A stretch of DNA of 64,000 bases from Octopus sinensis (taxonomy: Eukaryota). The DNA lies in NCBI RefSeq assembly GCF_006345805.1, contig NC_043001.1, positions 135,532,001 to 135,596,000 on the forward strand, given 5' to 3'. The position numbers and the translations under genes were made by a program. Positions 60,635 through 64,000 of the stretch are shown here, piece by piece. The number at the start of each line of letters is the position of its first letter. Within the stretch, counting starts at the first letter, position 1. A model generated the notes under the pieces. The model searched no databases. It was not told the origin of the DNA and worked only from the letters and a program-made list of their open reading frames with translations.

Positions 60635-61397
60635 TCAAATATATATATATGAAAAAGAGAGAGAGGGTAAGAACTGAAACACTACGATTGCATTGTATGT
60701 GTGTAATTCACACACACACACACACACACACAAAGGCATTCCTTGCATTACAGAAACCCCACATTATGACAAAATTTTCAGAAGTACGATACTATGTGAG
60801 TGGGGGTAGGTGAGGGTTTGATTGCTGTGTAGTATTTTTAATATATATGATATTTGTGTATTGTCACTGTTATTGTTTAGTCTCATGTCACCCCAAAATA
60901 AGTAAATCCATGACCAAAGGTATCCCAGCCTATAACTGTTCCATTTTATATTCATAGCGTACCTAAGCTTATATATTATAGAATGCACTTTCTTATTCAA
61001 GGAGGCAAAGTGAGATTTGAGGGAGACTTGGCTACTATTTCTAGCAGATTGAGAGACCACATAGAGACTGATTGGCTTATGACATATTTTGGTTCAGGGT
61101 ATGATTGTGGGTAGGAAAGTATATAGTCAAATGTCTACGTTGTAGGCACACATACTGGCTGTGTGTACAATATGTACATACATAAATAAATATAAATGCA
61201 TGTGTGTGTGTGTGTATGGGATTAGGGGTGAGATGGCTTGCCTATCTATGACTTTCAGGTGCTTTAACACTCAGTACTTTCAGGGAGTCATCCGCATCAT
61301 ACTAAACCACAGCCTCCAGGTGAACAAGCAAATCACATACACTGAGTATGAACGGCCGATAATGTTTACAATACTAGTGCTGCTTCCAATTCATAAC

Positions 61398-61437
<40 letters not shown>

Positions 61438-61439
<2 letters not shown>

Positions 61440-61681
61440 GGCACATAAAAAGCACCAACCGATCGTGGCCACTGCCAGCCTCCCCTGGCACCTGTACCAG
61501 TGTCACGTAAAAAGCACCCACTACGATCACGGAGTGGTTGGTGTTAGGAAGGGCATCCAGCTGTAGAAACACTGCCAGATCAGACTGGAGCCTAGTGCAG
61601 CCTCCTGGCTTCCCAGACCCCAGTCGAACTGTCCAACCCATGCCAGCATGGAAAACGAATGTTAAACGATGATGATGATGA
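61438..61681 (+). mobile_element. RTE 3' tail between (TA)n tracts
   Basis: Canonical tail; (TA)n on both sides. Confidence 0.85.
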
Positions 61682-61807
61682 TATATACATATATATATAC
61701 ACATAGATTTGAGGGTATGTGTCTAGGTCAGTGTTATGATATTGAGAAGTAGTGCTTCTTTAAAGAATTTGGGAGCTCAGCTCATAAGGCAAATATCAGA
61801 GAGAGCA

Positions 61808-61808
61808 C

Positions 61809-61872
<64 letters not shown>
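61808..61872. repeat. (GA)n microsatellite
   Basis: Seen directly. Confidence 0.95.
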
Positions 61873-61874
<2 letters not shown>

Positions 61875-62125
61875 ACTATGGGGATGAATGGAGATGGATC
61901 ACTGAGTACATAGAAGCTGGGGTTTTGACTTTACTCAGAAATAAAATATTTAAACTTGGTACTGTACATAATATTTTAAAATGTTCCAAAGAAAAGAAAA
62001 AAAAAAGGAAAAAATTATACTGCTGTCAGGTTTAAAACATGTCTAGGAGATTGCATTATCAGTGATGAGAAGCATAACTTATACTGTTGTTCAAGTCCAA
62101 TATAATTCCTTATCTTGTTTAGTAA

Positions 62126-62519
62126 TCTCTCTCTATATAAAGCTGAAGTTGTCTGTGTATGGCAGGTTTGGTAGCCTTCAACTAACACTATCTCCTCCGA
62201 GACCCTGCAGCGCAAGTTGACCAAAATTGAGAGTATGATAGAAGAAGGCTTGCTCTTACTTCCATAGAAGAAAAAATTCAAATCAGACCATTTTAACACC
62301 AAAAATTATGTACATCAAAAAGGTGCTTTTTTTCTATGAAAATCCCTATCTTTTACGATTTTTTGACTGCTGTGCCGCCATTTTTCGGTGTATTTCAACC
62401 AGAAAAAAATGTTCACTTAAAGAGAATAACAAGCAACATAATGCAAAATTTTTACTTTTCAAAAGTTCCAATTCTAAAGGGTTGAAACAAACCTGAGCAA
62501 CGCGGGGTGATACTGCTAG
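62126..62519 (+). mobile_element. Non-autonomous Helitron
   Basis: A|TC...hairpin...CTAG|T; copy of 27636-28029. Confidence 0.85.
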
Positions 62520-62631
62520 TTTATATTAAAATTGAAAGTCAGGGAAAGAGTGTGTGTGTGGGGTGGGTGGGTGTGGGGGCGGTTCTATGTAAATAGCTGA
62601 AATGGGGCACATGATGGTTAGGATAGCTTTC

Positions 62632-63045
62632 TTTTATCATGGACTGCGGCCATGCTGGGGCACCACCTTGAAGAGTTAAGTTGAGCTAATTGACCTTAGT
62701 ACTAATGTTTTTTAAGTCTGGTACTTATCTTATTAGTGCTTTTTGTTGAACTGTTAGGTCATGGGGATGTAAACAAACCAGCATCAGTTGTCAAGCAATA
62801 AGGGGACAAACAGAAAGACACCCAAATACACTGTTTATCTTTAACCTGTTTCAGTTATTGGACTGTGGCCATAGTGGGGTACCACCTTCAAGAGCTCAGT
62901 CGAGCAAATTGACCTTAGCACTAATGTTTTTATTAGTGCCTTTTGCTGAACTGCTACATCATGGGGATGTAAACAAACCAACACCTGTTGCCAAGCAGTA
63001 GGGGACAAAAAAAGACACCCAAACACATACACAAATATATGATAG
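62632..63045 (-). mobile_element. Two tandem SINE B 3' halves
   Basis: ggactg(c/t)ggccat...gggacaaa units at 62632-62830 and 62838-63045. Confidence 0.75.
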
Positions 63046-63321
63046 AAAATTCCACACAATTTTATCAATGGGATCCGCTTACAAGGCATTGGGCAGTAGG
63101 GTAATGACTTTAAAATTTTTTTCTGAAATTGAACATGGCCAGGGTGACTTGCTATGAGAAATGATGAGAAAGCAGTGACTAGCAGTTCATTTTTTAAAAA
63201 ACTTTCAAAATCCTCCCCCACCAACTAATATATCTATTTCCAAATGCATCACACTTGCATTGTCTTATTCAAACTCATATTACATTCAGTATTAGTGTTC
63301 ACACTATTTTATTAGATTTAA

Positions 63322-63540
63322 CTCTTTAGTGTTTAAACCGGCCATATCTGGTCCAGATATTCTACATGTTTTATATTCAAACTGGCAATATCTGGCCTCT
63401 CACACCTACCCGACAATGTCATTCTAAATATAAACAATCACATCATTGAAACCTCAAAGATATAAGATAATGCATGATTAATTCAAAACATTTGAGTGGA
63501 AAAGTATTAGATTTAACAGAGTAATCTGAACACTAAAGGG
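63322..63540. mobile_element. piggyBac-type MITE, family P2, full length
   Basis: TTAA at 63318-63321 and 63541-63544. Confidence 0.85.
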
Positions 63541-64000
63541 TTAAAGGAGTTTATGATTGAAGTTACTTCCTGACCAAATGCCAATAACGATATATACAGT
63601 AGTAAAAGTTGTTTCACATCTTCAGTAGTATCATTTGTTGTCGAGATAATCCATGAATGCATTATTCTTTCTATTACAGATATTAAAATATAACGCTTTA
63701 ATCAGTGGAATAAAAACAATCAAGTCATGTCACTGAAGCAATCAAGCCAAGCAGTTGCAGCAAACAAGGGGCCAAAATATATAACTTTGAAAAGTCTGTT
63801 AAAAAGCGAAGAATTATACCGAATGTGGAACGTGAGTTGACTGAACTAAGTAATAATAGTTTCTGTATTAATAGTGAAACTATTAAAGTGAAAGTATCTG
63901 ACATAACAATAGAGAGATGTTATTGCTTCACTTTTGACATGTAATACTGAAATAGTGGAAGATATAAAATATTGCAGTGGGCTCGCACTAGGCAAGAAAT

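Overview
AT-rich eukaryotic non-coding DNA (intergenic or deep intron). The SINE/LINE repertoire points to an octopod cephalopod (Octopus); this is inferred from repeat content only. I found no intact host protein-coding gene, rRNA, tRNA gene or CRISPR. Nearly all track ORFs are microsatellite or repeat artefacts. Main contents: (1) a near full-length, frameshifted RTE-clade LINE on the minus strand (~30798-35445) with APE endonuclease, RT (YADD), a C4HC3 PHD-type finger inside the RT, a duplicated 5' leader and repeat-bearing 3' UTR, plus ~20 truncated 3' copies whose UTRs carry variable ~60-bp repeat-spacer arrays; (2) several tRNA-derived SINE families that swap heads and tails; (3) two decayed mariners, a mariner-type MITE family, two TTAA piggyBac-type MITE families, three non-autonomous Helitrons, a CR1-group LINE fragment and a second RTE lineage; (4) a 26-bp minisatellite with 52-bp higher-order structure; (5) three long near-perfect hairpins and one 170-bp inverted pair between 41 and 56 kb; (6) one plausible spliced exon (29923-30020). 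Family labels A-H, P1 and P2 are my own working labels. Coordinates and mismatch counts were read by eye and may be off by a few bases.
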